64,000 nucleotides of DNA, from the IMG/VR virus record IMGVR_UViG_3300020576_006644, positions 32,001 to 96,000 of that record; one strand, 5' to 3'. Each line of letters starts with the position of its first letter. Position 1 is the stretch's first letter. Positions 47,651-57,309 of the stretch are shown one piece after another. The notes under the pieces were generated by a model. That model worked only from the letters and a program-made list of their open reading frames with translations. It was not told where the DNA came from and ran no database searches. A program made the translations under genes and the position numbers. The stretch comes from a virus. Lineage: Duplodnaviria > Caudoviricetes.

Positions 47651-48583
47651 ATGGACAAAGACATAAAAGCCGCCGTTGACTACGTGATGAACCTTGTTGG
47701 CGACAAGAGCATCCCGCTGGACGCGCTTCGGATGATGATCGAGGATCGCATTCGTATGGCATGCGCCGACACCCTCCGCTGGCAGGCCGGTATGCTTCAG
47801 ACTGCGGCTGGTAATTTGACGGCCCGTAAATGACAGGTGTTTGGCAGTGGCTGACCACTGCGCCTAATCCAAGATCACCTCGTACCGGGTACGACGCTGG
47901 CCAGCGTAGTTGGCGCCTGCACGCTGTTGATGCCCTGGACACGGAGAAGTTTGCCGAGATCAGGGATCGGAAATCGGCTTGCGGTATCACTCCGTCTCAT
48001 GGGTGGTCGCTTGACTTATTTATCGAGGATAAGTGTGAGCGCTGTCTTAAAAAGGTGGACCCGCGTGCTTATGCAGATGTGTTGATGGTCCAGAGACGGC
48101 GTGCAAAGCAACCCGGTTGGCTGAAACCGGCATAAAGGGTGACAAATGGCCGACTATCCAGTGATCCACTCGCGGGAGCGGGTGACTAACCAAGCCGAGT
48201 GTGACCTGCGGGACGCGGTCCACGCGGTCGTCTTCGACAAGGCGCGGGATCTCACGTTCGGGGCGCTGGGCAAGGTTCGCAAGACGTTTGGGCTGAAAGG
48301 GTAAATCATGGCTATTCGCTCTCCGATGGTTGATGTTCCAGGTCCTAAAGTGATGCACCCGCAGGTGTTTGCCCTGACTCGCAAGGCGGACGAGACGGGT
48401 GTGAGCGGGACCGGGATCGTCCTTGATGGGATCGTGTTCCCGTCCGGTGACTGCGTGGTCCGCTGGCGCGGCGCCACCCCGTGCATCCAGGTATGGCCCT
48501 CTTTCGAGGCGTTCAAGCGCGTTCACATCGATCCGCACCCGGACAACAAGACCGAGGTGGAGTGGTATCACGTCCAAAAGTAG
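47651..48583 (+). CDS. Cluster of small hypothetical genes (47651-47833, 47830-48135, 48308-48583 and probably one between)
   Basis: Overlapping start/stop codons; the last has the common phage motif DETGVSGTGIVLDGIVFPSG. Confidence 0.6.
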
Positions 48584-48649
48584 CGTGCGGGCGCTTCCTT
48601 TTAGGAAGCAGTAACCGCTAGGTATGGAACTGATGAGGAAAAAAATTGT

Positions 48650-48976
48650 ATGCGTTATTACGTGTACGTTCTTAAAGATCCCCGTTTTATTGGGATCGAG
48701 GCTATCAGGTACGTTGGTTCAACAACTGTCAGTAAATTCAAAAGACGGTTGGAAGGGCACGTCTCTGGAGCAAGAACAAATTCAGGTGCTAGGCGAGATC
48801 CCTGGATAAGGGAACTTCTAGCGTGTGGGTTGAAGCCGACCATACATGAAGTTGGGCAGGCCGCTGACAAGCAGCACATGCAACGCATGGAACGTCAAGT
48901 CGTTCATGCTTATTTATCGGCCGGTTGTGACTTGCTCAATGTTTCGCTGATGAAATACCCACCTAAGGAAGACTGA
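48650..48976 (+). CDS. GIY-YIG nuclease-like protein
   Basis: YYVYVLKDP..IRYVGST...RRLEGH...E...LLN; lower GC. Confidence 0.75.
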   Translation: MRYYVYVLKDPRFIGIEAIRYVGSTTVSKFKRRLEGHVSGARTNSGARRDPWIRELLACGLKPTIHEVGQAADKQHMQRMERQVVHAYLSAGCDLLNVSLMKYPPKED

Positions 48977-48978
48977 TC

Positions 48979-49496
48979 ATGCGCATCCGAGTCCTCAAGG
49001 CCCAGGTCGGGCTGACCATCAACACCGGCAACTTCAACAGCACCCGCATCGACCTCGGTGCCGAGGCTGACGTGGACCACCTCACCCTGGAGCAGTCGGC
49101 GTCGCCGCACGCCCAGCTCACCGAGGCGCTCAAGCAGCGCATGGTGGTGCAGGTCCCGTCGCTGAAGACCATCTCCAAGCAGGCTGGAGGCTGACCATGT
49201 CCGACGAGACCCGTAAGAAGCTGGCCGAGCAGTTCATGAACGCCGGCAAGACCGAGGAGCAGCTACGGAGGGACAGGAGCGCTTCGTTCTTCGAGGAGCT
49301 TCTCCGGGGCACCAAGGCGGCCGATCCGTTTTACGGCATGCCGTTTCCGTCGGTGAGTCAGCCTGAGCCAAAGAAGCCGCCCGGCGATATCGTCGTCTGC
49401 AAGGGCTGCGGGCAGAAGAACCGGGTCAACTGTACCGTCGGTGAGCTGCTCCGCGGGAAGAAGCCCGTCTGCGGGAAGTGCAAGGGGGAGCTGTGA
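48979..49496 (+). CDS. Two small genes (48979-49194; 49197-49496 with zinc ribbon CKGCGQKNRV...CGKC)
   Basis: RBSs present; zinc ribbon like the thioredoxin-2 N-terminus. Confidence 0.6.
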
Positions 49497-49699
49497 GCGG
49501 CCACGGCACCCGCTACCGAGGGAAGCGCTGCGGCAAGCAGTCGCTGTACTTCCCCGAGGAGATGCTCGCCGAGCTGCAGGCCGAGGCCCAGCGCCTCGAC
49601 AGGTCGGTAGCGTGGCTCGTCGAGAGGGCCTGGAAGATAGCCAAGCGGCAGGTGATGTCCCTGTCGACGGAGAAGGAGGTAGAGGATGGACCCGGATAA
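49493..49699 (+). CDS. CdbA/CdbB-like (TIGR04563, MXAN_4361/4362 family) ribbon-helix-helix protein
   Basis: KQSLYFPEEMLAELQAEAQRLDRSVAWLVERAWKIAK. Confidence 0.85.
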   Translation: MSGHGTRYRGKRCGKQSLYFPEEMLAELQAEAQRLDRSVAWLVERAWKIAKRQVMSLSTEKEVEDGPG

Positions 49700-50192
49700 G
49701 CTGAGGAAAGCGGCGCTCGATTTAGGAGCCAGCGACGGAAGGCTCCTTCTGCAGATGGGCATTTATGGCGCGGTGCAGGTGGCGAAGGAGGCGCTTGGGC
49801 GGCTAGCGAACATCGAAGAGGTTCGGTTGCCATCCTACTTCGCTACCGTCGATGACATCCATGAGCGGGACCGCCACATGAGCGGCGTACCGAGTCAGAT
49901 GGGGCGAGAGACGGCGGAGAAGTTGATCCGCGCACACAAGCACCGCGGGGAGTTGCTTGACGGTATCAAGGCGTGGGTAGCCGATATGGAAGTGGCTCGC
50001 GCCGAAGGTGCCCAGGAGCTGGCAACGGCGCTGGCGAAGATCAGGCAGCTGGAGGTGGGTATCGCCGCCTACCGGAAGCGCAGCGCCGAGATCAACAAGC
50101 TGCTCTCCCGTCAGGACCGCGACCTCGACGACGCTGACGCTTGGGAGGCCAGCCTCATCGACGTGGACGGTAAGCCGCCGCAGAACTCCTAG
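49686..50192 (+). CDS. Hypothetical coiled-coil protein
   Basis: 168-aa ORF with RBS. Confidence 0.6.
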   Translation: MDPDKLRKAALDLGASDGRLLLQMGIYGAVQVAKEALGRLANIEEVRLPSYFATVDDIHERDRHMSGVPSQMGRETAEKLIRAHKHRGELLDGIKAWVADMEVARAEGAQELATALAKIRQLEVGIAAYRKRSAEINKLLSRQDRDLDDADAWEASLIDVDGKPPQNS

Positions 50193-50227
50193 ACGCCGCC
50201 TACCCCGCGGCGCTACGCTCCGCGGCC

Positions 50228-51097
50228 ATGCCGCCGAGAAAGACCGCCGACAAGCCCGCCACCGAAGCCGTCCCCGTCGCTGCATCCACCGAGAGCAAGG
50301 AGCCGAAGAAGGCCCGGCTCCAGCGCCCCCCGCCCCCCGCCGTCGCCGACCTGCCGACAGCTGCGGCACCGCTCACTCGCTACGAGGCGTTCACCCCAGC
50401 TCGCGTGGACCGGGCCAGTGTGAAGGATGCCCCCTACAACCCGCGCATCATCGACCGGGCCGCCCGCGACCGGCTAGAGGAGAGCCTGAAGAAGGGGCTC
50501 TGGCAGCCGATCGTGTGGAACAAGCGGACGGGGAACCTCGTCGGTGGTCACCAGCGACTGAGCGTGCTCGACGACCTGCACGGGGGCAAGCCCTACTCCA
50601 TCACGGCGGCGGTGATTGATGTGGACAGCGCCGAGGAGAAGCGCATCAACATCGAGCTCAACAGCCGCGACCTCATGGGGGACTACGACTGGGCCCGCGT
50701 CGAGGACATGATGCGGGAGCGGGCCGCCGAGATGCCCGGCGCCGACCTGGAGCGAGACTTCGGCCTCTCGTGGGCGACGCTGGAGCAGGCAAATGTCAGC
50801 CCCGAGCTGTACCTGCCTCCCGAGGACAGCGCCGAGGTGGTGGAGGTGCTGGAGGACGAGGAGAAGATCAAGGCCCTCAAGGACGTGAAGGCCGACCACA
50901 AGAAGAAGGCGCGCCTGAAAGCCGAGCGAGAGATCCTGCGGCAGATCGCTTTTGTATTGCCGGACACAAAGGGGATGGTGGAGGTGCGGCGGCAGATCAT
51001 GGGCAAGCTGGGGATGCCGCTCGACCACGGGGAGCCGTTTGTCGACGCCTGGCGCCTTTTGCGAGCGCTCGGCATCGAGGTGGCGGACGAGGAGTAG
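50228..51097 (+). CDS. ParB-like N-terminal domain protein
   Basis: APYNPRII, GLWQPIVWNKRTGNLVGGHQRL, EEKRINIELN..MGDYD. Confidence 0.85.
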   Translation: MPPRKTADKPATEAVPVAASTESKEPKKARLQRPPPPAVADLPTAAAPLTRYEAFTPARVDRASVKDAPYNPRIIDRAARDRLEESLKKGLWQPIVWNKRTGNLVGGHQRLSVLDDLHGGKPYSITAAVIDVDSAEEKRINIELNSRDLMGDYDWARVEDMMRERAAEMPGADLERDFGLSWATLEQANVSPELYLPPEDSAEVVEVLEDEEKIKALKDVKADHKKKARLKAEREILRQIAFVLPDTKGMVEVRRQIMGKLGMPLDHGEPFVDAWRLLRALGIEVADEE

Positions 51098-51179
51098 GCG
51101 CGGCGGGCAGCGCGGGGGTATCTTGAATCAGAACCTCGTATCAACCCATCGCCGCCTCGGGCGGCAAGGAGCAAGGAAC

Positions 51180-51383
51180 ATGGCAGAGTCTGGTGTTGCC
51201 GCTGCGGCGGCTCGTCGGGGAACCCCCAAGGCGGTGGCCGGTCGTCTTCAGCGCGTGCAGGAGGCCCTGGGCCGCGCCGCCGGTCGCGCCGTCTCGGCTG
51301 GCCGCCGGGGCGCGGGTCGCCTGAAGCAGGTCATCGGCCGCTTCGGCAAGGCCCAGGGAGCCGCCGAGCGCTCCATCCGCTAA
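51180..51383 (+). CDS. Small Arg/Ala/Gly-rich basic protein
   Basis: AAGGA RBS; 67 aa. Confidence 0.6.
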   Translation: MAESGVAAAAARRGTPKAVAGRLQRVQEALGRAAGRAVSAGRRGAGRLKQVIGRFGKAQGAAERSIR

Positions 51384-51422
51384 CCCGTTGACCGGCGCGG
51401 CCCCGAGGCTGCATCCTGAGGC

Positions 51423-52295
51423 ATGACCTCGACCGCCCGGCTTCCCTCCCCCGCGACGCGCGCCCTGGCCCTGCTGGAGCGCGCGTTTCGCATTTCCCCC
51501 TACTTCCTCATCATGGCCAGCGGCGGGAAGGACAGCAACGTCCTCTTCCCCCTCATGCAGAAGCTGCAAGCCAAGCACCCGTCGGTGAGGCTCGGCGCCT
51601 GCCACTGGTACCTCCCGGTGCCGGGCCTTGACTGCGTGGAGCGGCCCATCCACGTCCTTCGTCGGCGGTTCAAGGACTGCCCCATCTTCTACGTCCCCCA
51701 CTACACGCTCCCCGACCACCTGTGGCTCGGGGACATGCGGCCGAGGACCCGGGAGACGGGCCCCAGGGCCAAGACGCTCAAGGCCACCGAGTGCGAGGAC
51801 GCTGCCAGGCTCTACTACGCCGCGCACCTGTCGGGGCTACCCGAGGAGGCCGTGAGCGCGGCTGCCAACAGCTCGCTCGATGCCACCGACGAGGACGGCA
51901 AGCGCCCGAGGGTCCATATCGAGGGGCTGTCCGTCGACCCGTGGCAGGACATCTGGGTGCTCGGCGGGCAGCGCAGCCGCGACTCGCTTGAGCGGCGGGC
52001 GATGATCAGCGGCTTCCGCAAGCAGAAGGACGCCTCGGGCATCGCCACCGGCGGCGCTGTGGGGCTCAACGTCAAGGAGCGTCGCGTCTACCCGGTCCAC
52101 GACTGGACGGCGCAGGACGTGCTCAGCTACTGCTCAGCGACGGGGGTTCTTCCCGCCGCGCCGCTCGGGGGGCTCAACACGACGAACCTCGATCCGAGCA
52201 ACCCTAAGGTGATGGCCGTCGTCCGCGATCGCTACCCCCGGGACTACGAGAAGGTGCTGGCTGTCTTCCCCGGGGCTAGGGCTGAGGGTGACTAG
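51423..52295 (+). CDS. PAPS-reductase-like (PP-loop) protein
   Basis: MASGGKDS PP-loop, GQRSRDSLERR, YPVHDWT..DV, YPRDYEKVLAVFP. Confidence 0.82.
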   Translation: MTSTARLPSPATRALALLERAFRISPYFLIMASGGKDSNVLFPLMQKLQAKHPSVRLGACHWYLPVPGLDCVERPIHVLRRRFKDCPIFYVPHYTLPDHLWLGDMRPRTRETGPRAKTLKATECEDAARLYYAAHLSGLPEEAVSAAANSSLDATDEDGKRPRVHIEGLSVDPWQDIWVLGGQRSRDSLERRAMISGFRKQKDASGIATGGAVGLNVKERRVYPVHDWTAQDVLSYCSATGVLPAAPLGGLNTTNLDPSNPKVMAVVRDRYPRDYEKVLAVFPGARAEGD

Positions 52296-52525
52296 GGCGC
52301 GCACTCGTGCTTGGCGAGGCTCGTGCCCGTCAGGTAGATCTCCGTGCAGGCGCCGCACAAGACCCCGTTACCCATGTACTTGGGCGACGGTGTCTTCCCG
52401 CCCAAGTTCGCCTTCGCGGCGGTGATCTCATCGGGGGTCAGCTTGGCTGCGCGGTGCAGTTCGTTGAGGCGATATTCGTATGCGGATTGGGGCATGCATC
52501 TATAAAACAGGTTCAGCGACGGCAA
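52292..52525 (-). CDS. Small hypothetical protein with C-terminal CxxC..HxC
   Basis: Downstream of SOS box 52527; start uncertain. Confidence 0.45.
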   Translation of the reverse strand: MPSLNLFYRCMPQSAYEYRLNELHRAAKLTPDEITAAKANLGGKTPSPKYMGNGVLCGACTEIYLTGTSLAKHECAP

Positions 52526-52588
52526 CGCAATCCTAGACGTTCGTTCAGGGTTGACAGGATGACGTTCGGTGTGGCCTATTCGAGCGAC

Positions 52589-52918
52589 ATGAGCCGGGAG
52601 CTGACCGTAGAGCGGGATGAAAATGCGTGGTCTGAGTCCATGCCTCCGCCGACGGGGCTCACCCGCGATCAGCGTCGGGAGCTGAGAGAGGCGCAGGAAC
52701 TACTGCGCAGGCAGGGGGAAGCGCTCGCCTCCGGCCGCAAGGCGAAGCGTCCTCGCCCGTTCACCTATACGTGGTCCGACCTGGAGGCGGCTTTCGGGCG
52801 CAGCAAGCGGCAGCTCCAGCGCTGGGTGGCCCGCGGCGACTTTGACCCGGCAGACTTCGCATCGGTGGCGAAGCTGCTGCGAGAGCGAGAAGCAAGTAAA
52901 CAAGAAAGGAAAGAGTAA
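52589..52918 (+). CDS. HTH DNA-binding protein
   Basis: YTWSDLEAAFGRSKRQLQRWVARG; TTGACA at 52551. Confidence 0.65.
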   Translation: MSRELTVERDENAWSESMPPPTGLTRDQRRELREAQELLRRQGEALASGRKAKRPRPFTYTWSDLEAAFGRSKRQLQRWVARGDFDPADFASVAKLLREREASKQERKE

Positions 52919-52924
52919 CTACCC

Positions 52925-53035
52925 ATGAGGATTATCATCTTTGCGTTATTGTGCGTAACTGCGTTGGCGGCCTGTGGACCGGCTCCTCGAATGCGTTATC
53001 ACCGCAGCATCGGCCCCGTTCAGCCAGAAGATTAA
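52925..53035 (+). CDS. 36-aa lipoprotein
   Basis: MRIIIFALLCVTALAAC lipobox. Confidence 0.5.
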   Translation: MRIIIFALLCVTALAACGPAPRMRYHRSIGPVQPED

Positions 53036-53092
53036 TCGCTGCGCGCACGTTCAGGATTGCCTACCGACACGATCTAGGGTTTACGTGTTTCT

Positions 53093-53199
53093 GGGAGTAG
53101 TGCTCTCGCCCGCAGAATCTGCCGATCGCGAGGTGGCAGTGGGTCCGACATACCCGTTCAGTTCTGCAGGTAGTGCGGGTTGGATTCCCGCGGCTCCCA
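53093..53199 (+). ncRNA. tRNA/tmRNA-like structured RNA
   Basis: Acceptor-like stem GGGAGU/GCUCCC-A, T-arm GCGGG-UUGGAUU-CCCGC, central GCAGAA/UUCUGC stem enclosing two hairpins. Confidence 0.55.
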
Positions 53200-53212
53200 C
53201 TAAAAGGAGGTT

Positions 53213-55980
53213 GTGATGAAGATTGATGAGATCAAAGTAGGCGATGTCCTTGTCCCGCGGCGTTGGCGCGAGGACGACTCTAGCGATCTTGTTTTCCTCG
53301 ACGCGATGGGCGAGTTCTGTGACAAGCCGCAGGTAGTGCGCGAGGTCGACAGGTGGGACGACACGATCAGCTTCGAGGGGTGCATCGTTGAGGGTTTGCA
53401 CGCTTGGTGGCCGGTCAGCTTCGTCGAAAGGGTGCGCAGCTCCCCGGCCCAGCGCCTTGCGCGTATCCAGGCGGCGGTAGGTCGTCTCGCCGCTACTGCC
53501 TCCGGCCCCGACCGGCTGCTGCAGCTCCAGCGCAGGATGGTGCGGGCGACCAAGGCGGCTGCGGATCTGGTCGTTGAGGAAGTCGCCAAGATGGGTTAGT
53601 CGTGACCGCTCGCATCATTGCTGTAGCGCTGTTCGGCGCGCTGCTCGGGTGGAACATCTCCCTTGAGCTGCGGCTGCGGGAGGTCGAGGCGGTGATCAAC
53701 GTCCCGCTGCGGGCGCTCACCTCGGTGCCCGCGGTGCTGCGAAAGCTGGTGAAGCCGTGAGGATTGCTGAGGCTGAAATACGCATTACGGAAAAACAGCG
53801 GCACCCTTTTTACATGGGAGAAGCCCGGCCTTTTGGCGAGGAATATCCAGATTCCGAACCGTGCGAGGTCATCCTCAAGATCCGTGGGACTGTCGCCGAG
53901 TGCATGACCCTGTTTCAGATGCGCGGGCAGGACATCAACCCGCCGACTCGTGCCGCCGCACCCAAGGACCGGCAGCCTCCCGAGCAGGGCGAGCCGGAGG
54001 TGGTGGCTTGCGTGGTCGAGCAGCCCAAGGCGCTGCCGCCCAGGAGGGGAAAGTGATCACCGTCGAACACGAGCCACCCGACTTGGCCGAACTGCACATC
54101 CAAGAGCGGTGCTGCTTCTGCCGGGAGTTCACTCGGTATTGGGTCGTCAACATGGACGTTGCCTGCTGCCAGCGCTGCGCCCGTTACGCCGATCCGACCG
54201 ATGTTCCTTCTAAGGAGGTGTGGTGCCGGCGGGAGCGGATCGCCACGGCGGAGGACCGGCCGAGCGGCTGTAGGGGCCCCGTCATCCCAAAGCCACCGCT
54301 GGGGAAGCTGCTGAAGTGGTGCATGAAGTGCCAGCAAAGGCCCTGCATCGGTGACGGCTGCGCCGAGCGCTACCGGCTCTTGGCCCGCTTCGGTGTTCTG
54401 CACGCCTATGCTGATCGCAGCGACATCGAGGAACGAGAGGTCCACGCCCTGCAGGCGCAGCTGGCCGCCGTGGGAGTCGACACCGGGTGGGAGATCGCGC
54501 CCAGGAGGAAGAAGTGAAGCGCGAGATCAAGCTGGGTCAAATCGGCGGTGTCCCCATTTACGCCGACCTCTGGCATCTCTTGACTGGTGCCGTAGTTGTC
54601 GGCCTCGGGCTATTGGCGATGTGGTGCTTGCCGGCCAACGCCGGACTTGGGGCTCGTTTTGCTGTCCGCACCATAACGATCGCTGCGATCTGTTTTGCTG
54701 CGAGGGATAAGTGAGCGCAGAGCACCTCCACTCCTGCCCCCGCTGCCTCGGTGTCGAGAGCTGCGCCTCGCCGACCTGCCTCATGCGGGCCGACCTGTCA
54801 GATATTGAACACTTCGGCGACCCGCGCCGCTGCGCGCCCTGCCGCCGCGCCGGCCGCAGCTTCACGGCTGCCGAGGTAGCAGCAGCTGCTGGGTGCCGCT
54901 CTGCGGACGCAGCGGCTGCGGCCAAGCGCGGGGACGTTGACCTCGGGTCGCTGTCGTCGGTCGCCAAGTGGATCGAGCAGCGCCGCGCCGAGCTCGGGAG
55001 CTACGTAACCGGCGGGCTGCAGGCAGCGCTTCGGGAGCTGCGGCTCGCTGGCGGCTGCGCCCAGGATCTGGGGTTCGGGGTCTTTATGTGGCTCCCGCAG
55101 GGCGGTGGCTATCTCTATGCCGGGGAGCTGGCCGGTCCACTCAAGGAGCTGGCGCTGTCCAAGTCCCGCAGCGTTGTCCGGCTGCCGCTGCCGCCGTTCA
55201 GCGGGCTACTCACCGAGCTGTGGCGCCGGTGCGAGACCGGGCCCGGTTATGACGCGGAGTCGGCCGCGCTTCGGCGGCGCTTGGGGGAGGTCATCGGCCA
55301 CGACGATCCGGTGCTGTGCCGCTTGCAGGTAAGGGCGGCGAGGAGAAAGTCTTGAGCAAGATATCGTTTATGTACCTTGGGATGGCTACTTACGCTCTTT
55401 TGACAGCAGCCACCACGACAACTGTAAACCCGTTTTTGGAAGTGTGTGTAGCTGTGGCGTTAATCATCGTAGCCTTTGCGCTGCGTAAGAAGGATGAGTA
55501 GAGAATGGATGAAGATCTTGACGAACTGGTTTTAGCCGCCCGCAAAAAGCGAGCCGCGACGCGCGAGAGTATCATCCCGAACGCTGATCGTTATATCGAG
55601 CAGCTCATGGACAGCGTACCCAAGGAGCCGGAGCCGAAAAGTCTCTTTGAGAAGGGACAGCGGGCGAAGTGGGCCGAGGTGCGCAGCCTCCCGGTCTACC
55701 GTAGCCGGGACTGAGCAAACTTTCAGGATTGCGCTGTAGATCGGTGTCGGGCTACACGATGATAATGAAAAACAAGCTGATCGCTTTGCTGTTAGTTTTA
55801 TGTGGCTGCCCGGAGCACGAGTACCAGTCTTCGGCTCCTGATTGCCGCGACACGGCGATCGCGATTCCCGCAAGCGGTGAAAAGGTGTCTTGCGAGCACG
55901 CTGAACAGGAGATGTCTGTGATCAAGGTAGACGGGCGGGAGTTTCTTCAGTGCATCTGCCGCCGTTACTACCGTCTTTAG
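53213..55980 (+). CDS. Cluster of small hypothetical genes (53213-53599, 53757-54056, 54053-54517, ~54514-54714, 54711-55355, ~55352-55501, 55505-55714, lipoprotein 55765-55980)
   Basis: Chain of overlapping ORFs; several Cys-rich or membrane; 55765 has MKNKLIALLLVLCGC lipobox. Confidence 0.55.
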
Positions 55981-56008
55981 AGTAAACAACCAACAAGGAG
56001 GACGAACG

Positions 56009-57031
56009 ATGTGGGTATTCGTAATTAGCAGGAAGATCACCGGGGCGTTTACGGTTGAGCAGGAGCTGAACGCGCTCAACGCCGACTTCCCCAAGAACGT
56101 GTTCAAGCACGTCGGCAAGACGCGGGCGCTGGTCATGGTGCCAGTGGATGGCGACCCCCTGATCGAGGAGATCCAGCTGCTGGCCGACAACCCCCGCCTC
56201 GTGCCGGGAGGCGCTTCGCTGGCGTGGTTCCAGGAGGACCTGCGGGAGGACATCCTGCGCACCATTGAGGAGAACGAGGTGAAGAAGAAGTCCACTGACG
56301 ACCTCAAGGAAGAGGCGATGAGTGGGTTTGCTGATCTCCTTGACGGCATGGGGACGCTGCGCGGCTTCGCGCGCCGTCTGCCCGAGGACCTCAAGCAGCA
56401 GATGCGGGACCACGCCAAGAAGTGCACGGACCCCGACTGCGGCGTTAGTCGCATCCTCGGCGAGGAGGACAAGGGCGAGAAGGCGGACGTGGCGCCGACC
56501 GGCGGCGGACCGTTCCATGTGGGCGACATCGTCCGGGTGCGGAAGTGGGAGGGTCGCGTCGAGGGCCTACTTTGGCGTGATGAAAATGGCCTGGGGATGG
56601 AGTCCCTTCTCGATAAGGACTTGATCATCTCCAGCATTCAAACGGGCGACGAGCCGGGCAAGTTCGTTGCCGACTTTGAGGGGGTTCTTCCGTACGTCAT
56701 CCCCACCTCCCAGCTCGATCTCGTCCGCCGCCCCAGCTCCGAGCCTGCGCCGGCCGCCGCCCCCGATGCGTTCTTCGCACCCGGCGACACGGTCTACGTC
56801 CGCGAATGGGAAGGGTATTGTCCGCGGGACGAGTACTTCGAGATGTCTTTTGAGCCTGACATGAAGGCCGCCATCGGATCTCCTCAGAAGGTGCAGTGTG
56901 TGACTGGAGGTGCTGTGGAGCTGGAGGGGTTCCCGAAACGTGGCTGGCCGTTTGTTCACGTCTCGAAGACCCCGTGGACCACTGAGCCCACCAACACCCC
57001 GACCACCCCCGACTCGCCGCAGCAGCCGTAA
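56009..57031 (+). CDS. Hypothetical protein with two SH3/KOW-like repeats
   Basis: FHVGDIVRVRKWEG and FAPGDTVYVREWEG. Confidence 0.7.
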   Translation: MWVFVISRKITGAFTVEQELNALNADFPKNVFKHVGKTRALVMVPVDGDPLIEEIQLLADNPRLVPGGASLAWFQEDLREDILRTIEENEVKKKSTDDLKEEAMSGFADLLDGMGTLRGFARRLPEDLKQQMRDHAKKCTDPDCGVSRILGEEDKGEKADVAPTGGGPFHVGDIVRVRKWEGRVEGLLWRDENGLGMESLLDKDLIISSIQTGDEPGKFVADFEGVLPYVIPTSQLDLVRRPSSEPAPAAAPDAFFAPGDTVYVREWEGYCPRDEYFEMSFEPDMKAAIGSPQKVQCVTGGAVELEGFPKRGWPFVHVSKTPWTTEPTNTPTTPDSPQQP

Positions 57032-57054
57032 TCCCCCTACAATTTGCGCACACC

Positions 57055-57309
57055 GTGCGCACCTTCAGCCTCCTCCCCCCTAAAACGAATCCCCGGTCCG
57101 TCATCGCCGAGCACCGCGAGCGCGGGCCGCGCCGCTACCACTACACCGCGGCGCTTGTCGCCGAGCTGGCCGGGGCGCCGCTGTCCGCTGTCCGCCGCGC
57201 CGCCGCCAAGGTCCCCGGCCGCGAGCCGCTGCTCGACTTGCGGTCGCTGCGCAGCGTCATTGCCTGGGTCTCCCGGCAGCGGGCATGCCGCGGGCTTGGT
57301 GCGCTGTGA
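57055..57309 (+). CDS. Small HTH-like protein
   Basis: YTAALVAELAGAPLSAVRRAA...LDLRSLRSVIAWV; similar segments in 52589 and 54711 ORFs. Confidence 0.5.
   Translation: MRTFSLLPPKTNPRSVIAEHRERGPRRYHYTAALVAELAGAPLSAVRRAAAKVPGREPLLDLRSLRSVIAWVSRQRACRGLGAL

Noticed and set aside
44867-51097. ParABS plasmid partition system
   Set aside because: Both ParB-like proteins have only the N-terminal ParB/Srx domain; no ParA or parS array seen.
53093-53199. Canonical tRNA or full tmRNA
   Set aside because: No D-arm, T-loop is TTGGATT, and it is far too short for a tmRNA with tag ORF; kept only as tRNA-like.
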